Below the pieces are notes generated by a model, which did not search any database, had not been told where the DNA came from, and saw nothing but the letters and a program-made list of their open reading frames with translations. DNA of 64,000 nt from Acetatifactor sp. GTDB lineage: Bacteria > Bacillota > Clostridia > Lachnospirales > Lachnospiraceae. Where the stretch lies: the NCBI GenBank assembly GCA_045546495.1, contig JAZQCX010000093.1, positions 10,961 to 74,960 on the forward strand. Reading direction: 5' to 3'. Position numbers and translations under genes: made by a program. Within the stretch, counting starts at the first letter, position 1. Each line of letters starts with the position of its first letter. Positions 1 through 9,381 of this stretch are shown here, in pieces.

Positions 1-61
1 CAAGTCCTGTGGCGAGAAAGGACAAGGCAAACGACTGGGTGCTGGTGTTGAGGGCGGCAGA

Positions 62-832
62 ATGAAAATAATAGATTTTCATGTACATCCCTTTGACAGA
101 GCGGAGTACAGCTTAAATATGTATCCCGGCATGTATGATTTGGATGCTGAGGGAATGAAGCGGCAGCTGAATGAGACGGGTATCGGAACGATTTGCGGAA
201 GTGTTCTGAACAGGGATTACAGAGCGGATGGCTTTGAGAGTTTGCGCAGCCTCAATCGGGAGGCCCTTAGACTGCGGGATGTTTTTGGAGATTTTTATAT
301 CCCCGGTTTCCATGTTCACCCGGCATTTGTGAAGGAATCCTGCGACGAAATTGAATTTATGCATAAACAGGGAGTGCGTCTCATCGGAGAGCTTGTACCC
401 TATATGCACGGTTGGGGGGACTTTGAGGAGCGGAATTGGATGGAGATTCTGGATGTGGCGCAGCAGTACGGGATGGTCTGCTCCTATCATACGCCCTTTG
501 AATATGACATGGGAAAAGTAATCGAAAGTCATCCGGGAATCGCTTTTGTTGCGGCGCATCCCGGTGACCGAAAGCTTATACCGGGACATGTGGAAAATTT
601 GAAAAAGTATGAAAACCTGTATCTTGATTTATCGGGAACAGGGCTGTTCCGGTTTGGAATGCTGAAATACCTTGTGAAGAGCGTGGGCGCGGAGAAACTG
701 TTGTTTGGAACCGATTATCCGATTTGTAATCCCCGAATGTATGTGGAGGCGGTTTATGGCGAAGATATTTCAAACGCTGACAGAGAGGCGATTTTCTGTA
801 AGAACGCAGAGCGGATTTTAAAAGAGAGTTAG
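62..832 (+). CDS. amidohydrolase-family metal-dependent hydrolase, substrate unknown
   Basis: 256-aa ORF. N-terminal IDFHVHPF (HxH metal motif), AAHPGD and C-terminal FGTDYP are typical of TIM-barrel amidohydrolases. Confidence 0.7.
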   Translation: MKIIDFHVHPFDRAEYSLNMYPGMYDLDAEGMKRQLNETGIGTICGSVLNRDYRADGFESLRSLNREALRLRDVFGDFYIPGFHVHPAFVKESCDEIEFMHKQGVRLIGELVPYMHGWGDFEERNWMEILDVAQQYGMVCSYHTPFEYDMGKVIESHPGIAFVAAHPGDRKLIPGHVENLKKYENLYLDLSGTGLFRFGMLKYLVKSVGAEKLLFGTDYPICNPRMYVEAVYGEDISNADREAIFCKNAERILKES

Positions 833-857
833 GTTTGGTTGTGGAAAAAGGGTGAGC

Positions 858-2042
858 TTACAGCTCACCCTTTTTATATTTTGCGACAATGTTTTGGATT
901 CTCTCGTTGGGGTTCAGCAGGTCGCTGATGGAGGAATCATGATTCAAGGTATCGATGATATAAGCGATATACTTACTCAGGTCGCAGTTGATATACCACT
1001 CTCGCTGTAACAATTCGGGAGTCTGGTAAATCAGGTTTGTAGTCAGAACCTTATCAATGATGCCTTCCTTGTATGCCTTATCGAACTTGTCCAATCCGCT
1101 GGTGAACAAACCAAAGGTGGAGAAGACGAAAATTTTGTTTGCCTTGCGCTCCTTTAAAGCAGCGGCAACTTCCAGAACACTTTCGCCAGAGGAAATCATA
1201 TCGTCAATGATAATCATATCCTTACCTTCCACGCTGGTGCCCAGGAACTCGTGAGCGACAATCGGGTTACGACCGTTTACGATGCGGGTATAGTCACGTC
1301 TCTTGTAGAACATACCCATATCCAGTCCTAACACGTTTGCAATGTAAATCGCACGGCTCATACCGCCTTCGTCGGGGCTGATAACCATCATGTGGTCGGA
1401 ATCAATCTTCAAATCCTTCACGTTGCGCAACAGACCCTTGATAAACTGATATGCGGGCTGTACGGTCTCGAAGCCGTGAAGAGGAATAGCGTTCTGTACT
1501 CTGGGGTCGTGTGCATCAAAGGTGATGATGTTGTCCACACCCATCTGAACCAGTTCCTGTAAAGCCAGAGCGCAGTCCAGAGACTCTCTTGCAGTTCTCT
1601 TGTGCTGGCGGCTTTCATAGAGGAAGGGCATAATAACGGTGATACGTCTTGCCTTTCCGCCGACAGCGGCGATGATACGCTTTAAATCCTGATAGTGGTC
1701 ATCAGGAGACATGTGGTTTTCGTGACCGCTGAGGGAGTATGTGAGAGAGTAGTTACATACATCCACCAACAGGTAGAGGTCCGTACCGCGGACGGACTGA
1801 AGAATCATACCTTTCGCCTCGCCGGAACCAAAACGGGGAACCTTAGCGTTTAAAAGATAAGAATCACGCTGATAGCCTGCGAAAGCTAAGGAATCCTTGT
1901 GCTCGCTTTCTCTTTCGGCTCTCCACTTTACGAGGTATTGGTCCACTTTTTCACCGAGAGACTTACAGCCTTCCAGTGCAATCATTCCCAGCGAACCGAC
2001 GGGAATGGTTTCCAAGTTTCTTTTTTCTTCACGATTGCCCAT
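858..2042 (-). CDS. prs: ribose-phosphate diphosphokinase (PRPP synthetase), long form
   Basis: Motifs MPFLYESRQHKR, DAHDPRVQN, ISPDEGGMSRA and IIDDMISSGES (PRPP-binding loop). I prefer the ATG at 2042 (GAGGA SD 8 nt upstream) over the track's GTG at 2057. Confidence 0.9.
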   Translation of the reverse strand: MGNREEKRNLETIPVGSLGMIALEGCKSLGEKVDQYLVKWRAERESEHKDSLAFAGYQRDSYLLNAKVPRFGSGEAKGMILQSVRGTDLYLLVDVCNYSLTYSLSGHENHMSPDDHYQDLKRIIAAVGGKARRITVIMPFLYESRQHKRTARESLDCALALQELVQMGVDNIITFDAHDPRVQNAIPLHGFETVQPAYQFIKGLLRNVKDLKIDSDHMMVISPDEGGMSRAIYIANVLGLDMGMFYKRRDYTRIVNGRNPIVAHEFLGTSVEGKDMIIIDDMISSGESVLEVAAALKERKANKIFVFSTFGLFTSGLDKFDKAYKEGIIDKVLTTNLIYQTPELLQREWYINCDLSKYIAYIIDTLNHDSSISDLLNPNERIQNIVAKYKKGEL

Positions 2043-2060
2043 GAAAAATGTCCTCACTTT

Positions 2061-3044
2061 TTAAATTTTAGACTGACGTTTTTTATAGATGCGAATATCC
2101 GGACCCGTCAGCTTGCAAAGGTCAAATCCGGTGGTAATTCGGGAGAAAATTCGATCGGAATAGCGGTCGCGCAGCTCCTCGAGGCTCAGGTTTGTGGAAA
2201 TAATCACGGAATTCCTGCGTAAAGCACGTTCGTTTAAGCAGGAAAATAATTGCGAGGTCACAAAACTGTTGGTGACTTCGGTTCCTAAGTCGTCAATAAT
2301 TAGGAGGTCACAGCCGTACAGATCTTCATAAAAGGCCTGAAGCTGATCCTTCGCCTTGTGGTCGAAGGAATATTGCGCGAGGGTATCGAACAGGGCGGAT
2401 GCGCTGAAGTAAATCACGGAGCAACCGTTCTGCAGAAGCTCTTTGGCGATACATCCCGACAAAAAACTTTTTCCGGTTCCTACTGTACCATAAAAAAAGA
2501 GATTGTGGTAGTCTTGTTTGAAGTTTTGTACAAATTTTTGGCACAATGCAACAGCAGACTGAAAACGTTGCAAGTCTTCCCCGCCATAGTACTCATAGGA
2601 AAGAGTGGAAAAATTCTCTTTTTCAATCATATCCCGGATGTTGGACTGGGAGTAAAGGATATCAAGTTCCTGACTGCGGAAACAATGGCATTTTTCTTTT
2701 GCTCCGTTTTCGGAGGAAACAAAGCCGGTATCGCGACAATCCGGGCAGGTATAAACCGGCTCCAGATAATCGGGAGTAAAGCCTGCCGATATAAGGAGCG
2801 CCTGTCGCCTTTCTCTAAGTTCGGCGAGCTGAACGCGTAACCGTTCGGAAGCGGTATCATCGCCGGAAAGAAGCTGCCGTGCAGCATTTGCGGAAAGAGA
2901 AGCAACGGAATCCTCCAAGTCTCTGTATTCGGGAAGCTGTTCGTAGACCTGACTGCGGCGCTCGTTCAGCAGATGTCGGTTGATGTCCCGCGTTCTTTCG
3001 TATCCGCGTATAATAGATTCGTATTGCGTGTTGGTGAGTGCCAC
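2061..3044 (-). CDS. dnaI: DnaI/DnaC-like AAA+ replicative helicase loader
   Basis: 327 aa. N-terminal Cys module CPDCRDTGF...CHCF resembles the DnaI zinc domain. Walker A is FFYGTVGTGKSFL and Walker B is LLIIDDLG. GTG start with an AAGGAGA SD. Sits immediately downstream of a DnaD-domain gene. Confidence 0.75.
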   Translation of the reverse strand: MALTNTQYESIIRGYERTRDINRHLLNERRSQVYEQLPEYRDLEDSVASLSANAARQLLSGDDTASERLRVQLAELRERRQALLISAGFTPDYLEPVYTCPDCRDTGFVSSENGAKEKCHCFRSQELDILYSQSNIRDMIEKENFSTLSYEYYGGEDLQRFQSAVALCQKFVQNFKQDYHNLFFYGTVGTGKSFLSGCIAKELLQNGCSVIYFSASALFDTLAQYSFDHKAKDQLQAFYEDLYGCDLLIIDDLGTEVTNSFVTSQLFSCLNERALRRNSVIISTNLSLEELRDRYSDRIFSRITTGFDLCKLTGPDIRIYKKRQSKI

Positions 3045-3092
3045 TGTAATTCTCCTTAAAAAGGTAGTTTTAAGCAGAGCTTAACTGCTCTG

Positions 3093-4313
3093 TCAATTGC
3101 TGAGCAATTCTTTTTCCAATGCTTCAAAGTCGTAGGTGTTCTGGGTGAACTGGTTGAAGCGGTTGGTGTATTGCCTGGGCGAGGAACTGCCGGCCTGTCC
3201 GGTCTGATTGCGCTTTTTCAGGCGGTGTGCCTCATCGATTTTTAAAATATCTGCTTTCTGCTGGACGTGCTGCTCGTGCCAGCTGCGCAGGAGCGCATCG
3301 GCGTATTTAAAGCGGTTGGAGTTTACTGCCAATACAGTGCGGTGGCAGGCCTCCAGAATAATATCCTTGGAGAAGCAAAAATCCACGGTCCAGCGGGTGA
3401 TGTAGCCAAGCTCAGCGTCGGTAGGCATATTGCTGCTTCCCAGAGCTTTTATAATATCGTAGACATCTTTGCTGTATCTTCCGGCAGACTGCATTGCCTG
3501 CTCGGGGGTGGTGATGCCTTGCTCCGCCCAGGAAACAGCAACCTTTTCAATATATTTAAAATCTCTTTTGCCGCGATCAACGCAGTATTGCAGAAGGTAG
3601 TCGATTAAATCGTCCGAGAAGTGAAGGACATCGGTAAAGTAAAGGATGGACTTCATCTCGCCGGGAGTTAAAGGTCTGCCGATGTAGGTTTCGGCGATAA
3701 ACAGAAGCTGTGCCGTACTCTCGTGATTCTTAAACTCGCGCAGGCGGTCGGCAGAGTACTGAGGCTTCTCAAAAGACGGTGCCTGCGGTTCGGTGTATCC
3801 GTTATATCCGGCAGATGCACGGGAATCGCCGGATCCCACAGAAGCCCCTACGGGTTCCCGGGTGGTTGCGGAAAAAGATTCCGCGTCAGGAGAAAGGGAA
3901 ACGGCAGAACCCACCGCAGCGGTGGGAACCGAGGTTGCAACGGCGATGGACGCTGCTGCAGGGTCGGGCAAGGGCACAAAAGAAGATGCGTTTGCGGATT
4001 TCCCTGCGCCGGAGGTTTCCTCTAAATCCCGAATCCGGATGCCGACCAGAGCCTTATTGCGGTCGAAATCCAAATCGAGAAGCTGATTCTTTTCCCAATA
4101 TTTTAAAGCACGAATCACATCCTTTTCCGTATGATTAAACTTGTCCGCCATATCGGACACACTGGTAGCCTGGCGGGCGTTCATCATGCGGAGAAGATAC
4201 AGATATATCTTGAGCTGTGCGTCGTTAGCATCCCCCATATATTCATCGATAAAAAGATTGGACACAACAGTGGAATTCACATGATTATCCTTGTAAATTG
4301 TCAAACGTGCCAT
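3093..4313 (-). CDS. DnaD-domain replication initiation / helicase-loading protein (DnaB/DnaD family of Firmicutes)
   Basis: About 406 aa. Has an N-terminal winged-helix-like region, an Ala/Ser/Pro-rich low-complexity linker and a C-terminal DnaD-like repeat (YFTDVLHFSDDLIDYLLQYC, ITRWTVDF). Forms an operon with the dnaI-like gene. ATG at 4313 chosen over the GTG at 4322. Confidence 0.7.
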   Translation of the reverse strand: MARLTIYKDNHVNSTVVSNLFIDEYMGDANDAQLKIYLYLLRMMNARQATSVSDMADKFNHTEKDVIRALKYWEKNQLLDLDFDRNKALVGIRIRDLEETSGAGKSANASSFVPLPDPAAASIAVATSVPTAAVGSAVSLSPDAESFSATTREPVGASVGSGDSRASAGYNGYTEPQAPSFEKPQYSADRLREFKNHESTAQLLFIAETYIGRPLTPGEMKSILYFTDVLHFSDDLIDYLLQYCVDRGKRDFKYIEKVAVSWAEQGITTPEQAMQSAGRYSKDVYDIIKALGSSNMPTDAELGYITRWTVDFCFSKDIILEACHRTVLAVNSNRFKYADALLRSWHEQHVQQKADILKIDEAHRLKKRNQTGQAGSSSPRQYTNRFNQFTQNTYDFEALEKELLSN

Positions 4314-4455
4314 AGGTAACACTTCCCTCTTCTATATAAATCCGCGCAGGGGCTCCCCGCGCAGTAGACCAAGTATAGCATAAGGGTTTTGAAAAAGAAA
4401 TAGGCATTTTCCCGAAAGGAAGACAGGCGGAAAAATGGGCATAAAATGTGAAAAA

Positions 4456-4614
4456 TGTGGATACTGTGGATAAAAATACCGGACCAAAAACAAAGCCTGA
4501 ATCTGTCAAGAATTTGTGGCATAATTTGTCAGAAACTTATCCACAGAAAAAAATAAAATATCCACAGATAGGAAACGGGATTTTCTCCGCCCTGTCTGTG
4601 GATATTGTGGAAAA
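4456..4614. promoter_or_regulatory. DnaA-box cluster (7 boxes, 2 perfect)
   Basis: Matches to TTATCCACA on either strand. 4456-4464 tgtggatac; 4465-4473 tgtggataa (perfect, reverse); 4515-4523 tgtggcata (2 mismatches); 4537-4545 ttatccaca (perfect). 4558-4566 atatccaca; 4597-4605 tgtggatat; 4606-4614 tgtggaaaa. Confidence 0.7.
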
Positions 4615-5994
4615 CTAAATTCCGAGGAGATTTTCTCCGATTTTAAGCACATCACCGGCGCCCATAGTTATCAACAAATCTCCGTTTATGCAATTTTCCA
4701 ATAAGAAATTTTCGATTTCATCAAAAGTAGGGAAGTAATAGCACTCCTGTCCGAGGACTTCGATTTCGGCCTTCAGAGTTTCGGAGCTGATGCCCAGGTG
4801 ATCTGTTTCGCGGGCAGCATAGATATCTGCTAAAACAACCTTGTCGGCATAGGTCAGCGCCTGAGCAAATTCTTTCAAAAAGGCCTTGGTGCGGGTGTAG
4901 GTATGAGGCTGGAAAACACACCAGAGAGTTTTGTGAGGATATTTCTGCGCGGCCTGCAGTGCGGCAGAAATCTCCGAAGGGTGGTGAGCGTAGTCATCAA
5001 TCACGTTTACGCCGCCGATGCAGCCCTTGTACTCAAAGCGGCGGTCTGCTCCGGTAAAGGAGGCCAGTGCCGCAGCGGTAGTGTCGGGAGAAATTTCCAG
5101 ATAATCCGCAAGAGCGATGGCTGCAAGGGCATTGAGAATATTATATTCTCCGGGAATCTTTAAAGAAATTTCCCGTTCGGAGCCGTTGTGACCGTGTACG
5201 GTAAAACGGGGATGACCAAAGTCATTGTACTCTAAATTCGTAGGATAGCAGTCGGAGGAGGAATCCATGCCGAAGGTGATTACGCGGCACTTTAAGCCTT
5301 CCGTAATCTCGGAGATATTTTCCACGGCACTTCCGATAATCAGGCAACCGTCCTCGGGGAGGAGTTGGGCAAACTTCCGAAAGGAGGCGCGGATATCCGA
5401 TAAATCCTTAAAGAAATCCAGGTGGTCTTCTTCTATATTGAGGATTATTCCGATTTTCGGGAAAAAGCTCAAGAAGCTGTTTGTATATTCGCAGGCTTCC
5501 GTAACAAAGTAGCCGGAGTGCCCGATGCGGATGTTACCGCCGATCTTTTTCAGTACACCTCCGATGGAGAGGGTGGGGTCTGTGTCTGCGCCCAGCAGTA
5601 TTTCGCTGACCATGGAGGTGGTTGTGGTTTTGCCGTGAGTTCCGCTGACGGCGATAGGAGTATCGTACTGCTTCATCAGTTGTCCCAGAAGCTGGGCTCT
5701 GGTCAGACAGGGAATCTGCTTTTCATGGGCTGCCACATACTCGGGGTTGTCGGGATGGATGGCACTGGTGAATACAACCAAATCCAAATCATCCGTAATA
5801 TTCTCTGCCCGCTGTCCATAGAATACAGTAATTTCCTTCTCTTCCAGCCGCTCGGTGAGAGCACTTCTGGAACGGTCGGAGCCGGACACCTTAAAGCCTG
5901 CGTCCGCAAGAATTTCGGCAAGACCGCTCATGCTGACTCCGCCGATGCCTACAAAGTAGACGGAGCAGGGGGTGTTAAAGTCTATCTGATACAT
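4615..5994 (-). CDS. murC: UDP-N-acetylmuramate--L-alanine ligase
   Basis: VYFVGIGGVSMSGLA N-terminus, GTHGKTTTTSM P-loop and overall Mur-ligase layout. ATG at 5994 (GAAGGGA SD) preferred over 6012. Confidence 0.92.
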   Translation of the reverse strand: MYQIDFNTPCSVYFVGIGGVSMSGLAEILADAGFKVSGSDRSRSALTERLEEKEITVFYGQRAENITDDLDLVVFTSAIHPDNPEYVAAHEKQIPCLTRAQLLGQLMKQYDTPIAVSGTHGKTTTTSMVSEILLGADTDPTLSIGGVLKKIGGNIRIGHSGYFVTEACEYTNSFLSFFPKIGIILNIEEDHLDFFKDLSDIRASFRKFAQLLPEDGCLIIGSAVENISEITEGLKCRVITFGMDSSSDCYPTNLEYNDFGHPRFTVHGHNGSEREISLKIPGEYNILNALAAIALADYLEISPDTTAAALASFTGADRRFEYKGCIGGVNVIDDYAHHPSEISAALQAAQKYPHKTLWCVFQPHTYTRTKAFLKEFAQALTYADKVVLADIYAARETDHLGISSETLKAEIEVLGQECYYFPTFDEIENFLLENCINGDLLITMGAGDVLKIGENLLGI

Positions 5995-6377
5995 ATGCTT
6001 CCCTTCTTTCATTCTGCCATGTTATTTCTAAAGTAATAGTATTGCCCAAATAATGGAAAAGTGATTACATAATTCATTATATACAGATGCGTTACAAAAA
6101 ACAAATATAAATTGCGAAGCAACATGGCATAGTCGCTTTATTCGGGGCGGGAGACGGCAGTGGGTACTGCCGCTGCGAAGAGGGTGTCTATGATATGGTA
6201 CAGATTGTATGGGGAATTGTACAAAAACACGGTGAATAATTGAGTGAAAAAGAATAATCCATGGCACAAATTAACAAAAAAAGAGGATAAAAACGGTAAT
6301 ATATGTAAATTTTGGAGAGAAAAAACGTAAAAAATCAAATTATTATGTCGATAATTGTTTCTTTTTACATATCTGTA

Positions 6378-6386
6378 TGCTATAAT
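6378..6386 (+). promoter_or_regulatory. candidate extended -10 promoter (TGcTATAAT) for glgCD
   Basis: TG at 6378-6379 and TATAAT at 6381-6386, in the AT-rich divergent murC/glgC spacer about 50 nt upstream of glgC. Confidence 0.3.
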
Positions 6387-6433
6387 AATAGCGCATTAAT
6401 ATCTAAAATGATAAGACAAGCTGAGGTGATGAC

Positions 6434-7702
6434 ATGATTAAGAAAGAAATGATAGCCATGCTTTTGGCGGGCGGACAGGGAAGTCGGTTGGGTGTGTTGA
6501 CCTCCAAGGTGGCAAAACCTGCCGTAGCTTTCGGAGGAAAATATCGTATCATTGATTTTCCTCTTTCTAATTGTATCAATTCAGGCGTGGATACGGTAGG
6601 TGTCCTGACACAGTACCAGCCTTTGCGTCTGAATACCCACATCGGAATCGGTATTCCGTGGGATCTTGACCGGAATATAGGCGGTGTTACCGTTTTGCCG
6701 CCCTATGAAAAGAGCAGTAACAGTGAATGGTATACAGGAACTGCGAATGCGATTTATCAGAATCTGGAGTACATGGAAAGCTTTAATGCGGAATATGTGC
6801 TGATTCTTTCCGGTGACCACATCTATAAGATGGATTATGAGGTGATGTTGGACTTCCATAAGGCGAATAATGCGGAAGTTACCATCGCAGTTATGCCTGT
6901 TCCCATGGAGGAGGCCAGCCGTTTCGGTATCATGATAACGGATGAGAACAAGCGGATTACGGAGTTTGAGGAAAAACCGGAGCATCCAAGAAGCAATCTG
7001 GCAAGTATGGGTATTTACATCTTTAACTGGAAGACGCTGAAGGAGGCGCTGATTGCCATGGCGGAGCAGCCTGCTTTGGACTTTGGTAAGCATGTAATTC
7101 CCTATTGCCACGAAAAGGGCGCACCGCTGTATGCGTACGAGTTTACCGGCTACTGGAAGGATGTGGGAACTTTAAGCTCCTACTGGGAAGCAAACATGGA
7201 GCTGATTGACATTGTTCCCGAGTTCAATCTGTACGAGGAATATTGGAAGATTTATACGAGAAGCGAGATTCAGCCGCCTCAGTATTTCTCTGAGAACAGT
7301 GTTGTGGAACGCAGTATTATCGGCGAGGGCAGCGACATCTACGGCGAGGTATATAATTCCGTTATCGGTTGCGGTGTTACCATCGGTAAGGGAACCGTGG
7401 TGCGGGATTCCATCATCATGAACCAGACCGTAATCGGCGACGGATGTGAGCTGTACAAGGCAATCGTTGCGGAGAATGTTGTTGTGGGCAACAATGTCCG
7501 CCTGGGTATCGGTGAGGAAGCGGAAAACGAGAAGGCGCCGCATATCTACAACCACGGTATCGTAACAGTGGGTGAAAAGAGTGTGATTCCCGATGGCGTT
7601 ACCGTAGGAAAGAACTCTGTAGTAGCAGGAGTAACCACGGCGGAGGATTATCCTGATTCCGTGCTGGCAAGCGGTAAAAATATTATTAAGGCAGGTGAGT
7701 GA
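6434..7702 (+). CDS. glgC: glucose-1-phosphate adenylyltransferase, catalytic subunit
   Basis: [11 protein letters not shown]...[11 protein letters not shown]-terminus and a C-terminal left-handed beta-helix repeat region. GAGGTGA SD. Confidence 0.93.
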   Translation: MIKKEMIAMLLAGGQGSRLGVLTSKVAKPAVAFGGKYRIIDFPLSNCINSGVDTVGVLTQYQPLRLNTHIGIGIPWDLDRNIGGVTVLPPYEKSSNSEWYTGTANAIYQNLEYMESFNAEYVLILSGDHIYKMDYEVMLDFHKANNAEVTIAVMPVPMEEASRFGIMITDENKRITEFEEKPEHPRSNLASMGIYIFNWKTLKEALIAMAEQPALDFGKHVIPYCHEKGAPLYAYEFTGYWKDVGTLSSYWEANMELIDIVPEFNLYEEYWKIYTRSEIQPPQYFSENSVVERSIIGEGSDIYGEVYNSVIGCGVTIGKGTVVRDSIIMNQTVIGDGCELYKAIVAENVVVGNNVRLGIGEEAENEKAPHIYNHGIVTVGEKSVIPDGVTVGKNSVVAGVTTAEDYPDSVLASGKNIIKAGE

Positions 7703-8825
7703 CGTGAGAGCAATCGGAATTGTTTTGGCCGGCGGTAACAATCACAGGATGCGCGAGCTTTCTCAAAAGAGAGCTATCTGTGCCATGCCTGTGGCAGGAA
7801 GCTACCGCAGTATAGATTTTACATTAAGTAACATGTCCAATTCCCATATCCAGAAGGTGGCAGTGCTGACTCAGTACAATGCCAGAAGCCTGAATGAGCA
7901 TTTAAGCTCCTCCAAGTGGTGGGATTTCGGACGTAAGCAGGGTGGTCTGTTCGTGCTGACGCCTACCGTAACCGCGGACAATACCAACTGGTATCGCGGC
8001 ACGGCAGATGCTATCTACCAGAATCTGACCTTCTTAAAGAACAGCCATGAGCCCTATGTGGTAATTGCGTCGGGCGACGGCATCTACAAGATGGACTACA
8101 ATAAGGTGCTGGAGTATCATATTGAGAAAAAGGCTGATATTACGGTGGTATGCCGGGATATGGAGCCGGGAACTAACATCGAGCGCTTCGGAACCGTTTG
8201 TATGGACGAGGACGGCCGCATTACGGAAATCGAGGAGAAGCCTCTTCAGGCAAAGACCAATACCATTTCCTGCGGCGTGTATGTACTTCGCCGCCGTCAG
8301 CTGATTGAGATGATTGAGAAGTGTGCCGAGGAGGACAGGTACGATTTCGTACGGGATATTCTCATCCGGTATAAGGATATCAAGCGGGTTTACGGCTACA
8401 AGATGCAGGAGTTCTGGAGAAATATCGCATCTGCGGAGGATTATTTCAAGACCAATATGGAATTTTTAAAACCGGAGGTCAGAGACTACTTCTTCAAGCA
8501 GTATCCGGATGTGTACTCAAAGGTGGACGATTTGCCGCCTGCAAAGTACAACCCGGGTGCACAGGTAAGGAACAGTCTGGTTTCCAGCGGCTGTATCGTA
8601 AACGGTGTGGTTGAGAATTCCGTGATTTTCAAGAAGAGCTACATTGGTAACAACTGTGTGATTAAAAACTCCATTATTCTGAATGATGTCTACATCGGGG
8701 ATAACACCCGGATTGAAAACTGTATTGTGGAGAGCCGTGATACGCTCCGGGCAAACTCTACCTATATCGGCGAAGAAGGACAGATTAAGATTGTGGTGGA
8801 GAAAAACGAAAGGTATTCGTTCTAA
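7695..8825 (+). CDS. glgD: glucose-1-phosphate adenylyltransferase, GlgD regulatory subunit
   Basis: Paralog of glgC ([12 protein letters not shown]...YRSIDF). Overlaps the glgC stop by 8 nt, the typical Firmicutes glgCD arrangement. Confidence 0.88.
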   Translation: MSDVRAIGIVLAGGNNHRMRELSQKRAICAMPVAGSYRSIDFTLSNMSNSHIQKVAVLTQYNARSLNEHLSSSKWWDFGRKQGGLFVLTPTVTADNTNWYRGTADAIYQNLTFLKNSHEPYVVIASGDGIYKMDYNKVLEYHIEKKADITVVCRDMEPGTNIERFGTVCMDEDGRITEIEEKPLQAKTNTISCGVYVLRRRQLIEMIEKCAEEDRYDFVRDILIRYKDIKRVYGYKMQEFWRNIASAEDYFKTNMEFLKPEVRDYFFKQYPDVYSKVDDLPPAKYNPGAQVRNSLVSSGCIVNGVVENSVIFKKSYIGNNCVIKNSIILNDVYIGDNTRIENCIVESRDTLRANSTYIGEEGQIKIVVEKNERYSF

Positions 8826-8890
8826 GCGGGAAGACTTCGTCCCGGCAATATGTATAAGGGTGAACGTCGTGTGAAAGGGGGACTGCAAAA

Positions 8891-9163
8891 ATGCAGATTA
8901 CAGATGTTCGGGTGAGAAAAATCACCAAAGAGGGGAAGATGAAAGCGGTTGTGTCCGTGACCATCGATGATGAACTTGCGGTGCATGACATTAAGGTAAT
9001 TGAAGGAGACAGAGGTTTATTTATAGCAATGCCCAGCAGAAAGACGGCTGAGGGGGAGTATCGTGATATTGTACATCCCATCAGCCCGGCTGCCCGAGAA
9101 AATATCCAGCGGATTATCCTGGAAAGCTATGAAAAGGCTGTGTCCGAGCTTGCGGAGGAGTAA
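8891..9163 (+). CDS. spoVG: septation/sporulation regulator SpoVG
   Basis: 90 aa. The [11 protein letters not shown]...[22 protein letters not shown]...FIAMPSRK signature is highly characteristic of SpoVG. Confidence 0.95.
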   Translation: MQITDVRVRKITKEGKMKAVVSVTIDDELAVHDIKVIEGDRGLFIAMPSRKTAEGEYRDIVHPISPAARENIQRIILESYEKAVSELAEE

Positions 9164-9277
9164 AAGTGCATTGGCGTATCTGTCAAAAAAGTAACGGAAA
9201 AACAGGACAGATTTTAACCAAAATTTAGCATTTTAAACATCCCCGAGGTAAAAATATAAAAAATCAAATAAAAAATC

Positions 9278-9306
9278 TTGCTTTTTTTGTGCGATTGGTA
9301 TATACT
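9278..9306 (+). promoter_or_regulatory. candidate sigma-A promoter of the sugar-transporter operon (TTGCTT-17-TATACT)
   Basis: -35 at 9278-9283 and -10 at 9301-9306 with a 17-nt spacer, about 75 nt upstream of the SBP start. Confidence 0.4.
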
Positions 9307-9307
9307 G

Positions 9308-9321
9308 TGAAAGTACTTACA
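9308..9321 (+). promoter_or_regulatory. cre-like / LacI-type operator-like palindrome (TGAAAGTACTTACA)
   Basis: 12/14 match to the cre consensus TGWAANCGNTNWCA, but the central CG is missing. Sits directly downstream of the candidate -10. Confidence 0.25.
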
Positions 9322-9381
9322 TATTTTGCGTTGTGTAAGTGACAAAATCTATCGCTTTTAAAAAGCAAACAGGAGGAAAAA

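Noticed and set aside
2061-4313. The DnaD-like plus DnaC/DnaI-like gene pair as a prophage or ICE replication module
   Set aside because: No integrase, recombinase, repressor, terminase or att-like repeats nearby. The pair is flanked by prs and murC in one co-directional housekeeping block and is preceded by DnaA boxes, which fits the host helicase-loading system.
4285-4522. 73-74-aa minus-strand ORFs overlapping the dnaD-like start and the DnaA-box region
   Set aside because: No SD and hydrophobic low-complexity translation. They overlap a promoter/operator region, so they are most likely non-coding.
4456-4614. The DnaA-box cluster as the chromosomal replication origin (oriC)
   Set aside because: There is no dnaA, dnaN or rpmH nearby and no clear 13-mer/27-mer unwinding element. 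The region is only about 290 nt between two housekeeping genes. I kept it as a regulatory or titration cluster, but a secondary origin cannot be excluded without whole-genome skew data.
8826-8890. Small hairpin cggga...tcccg after glgD as a terminator
   Set aside because: The stem is only 5 bp with no T-tract. spoVG is probably co-transcribed with glgD or has its promoter inside this short spacer, and the evidence does not support calling either.
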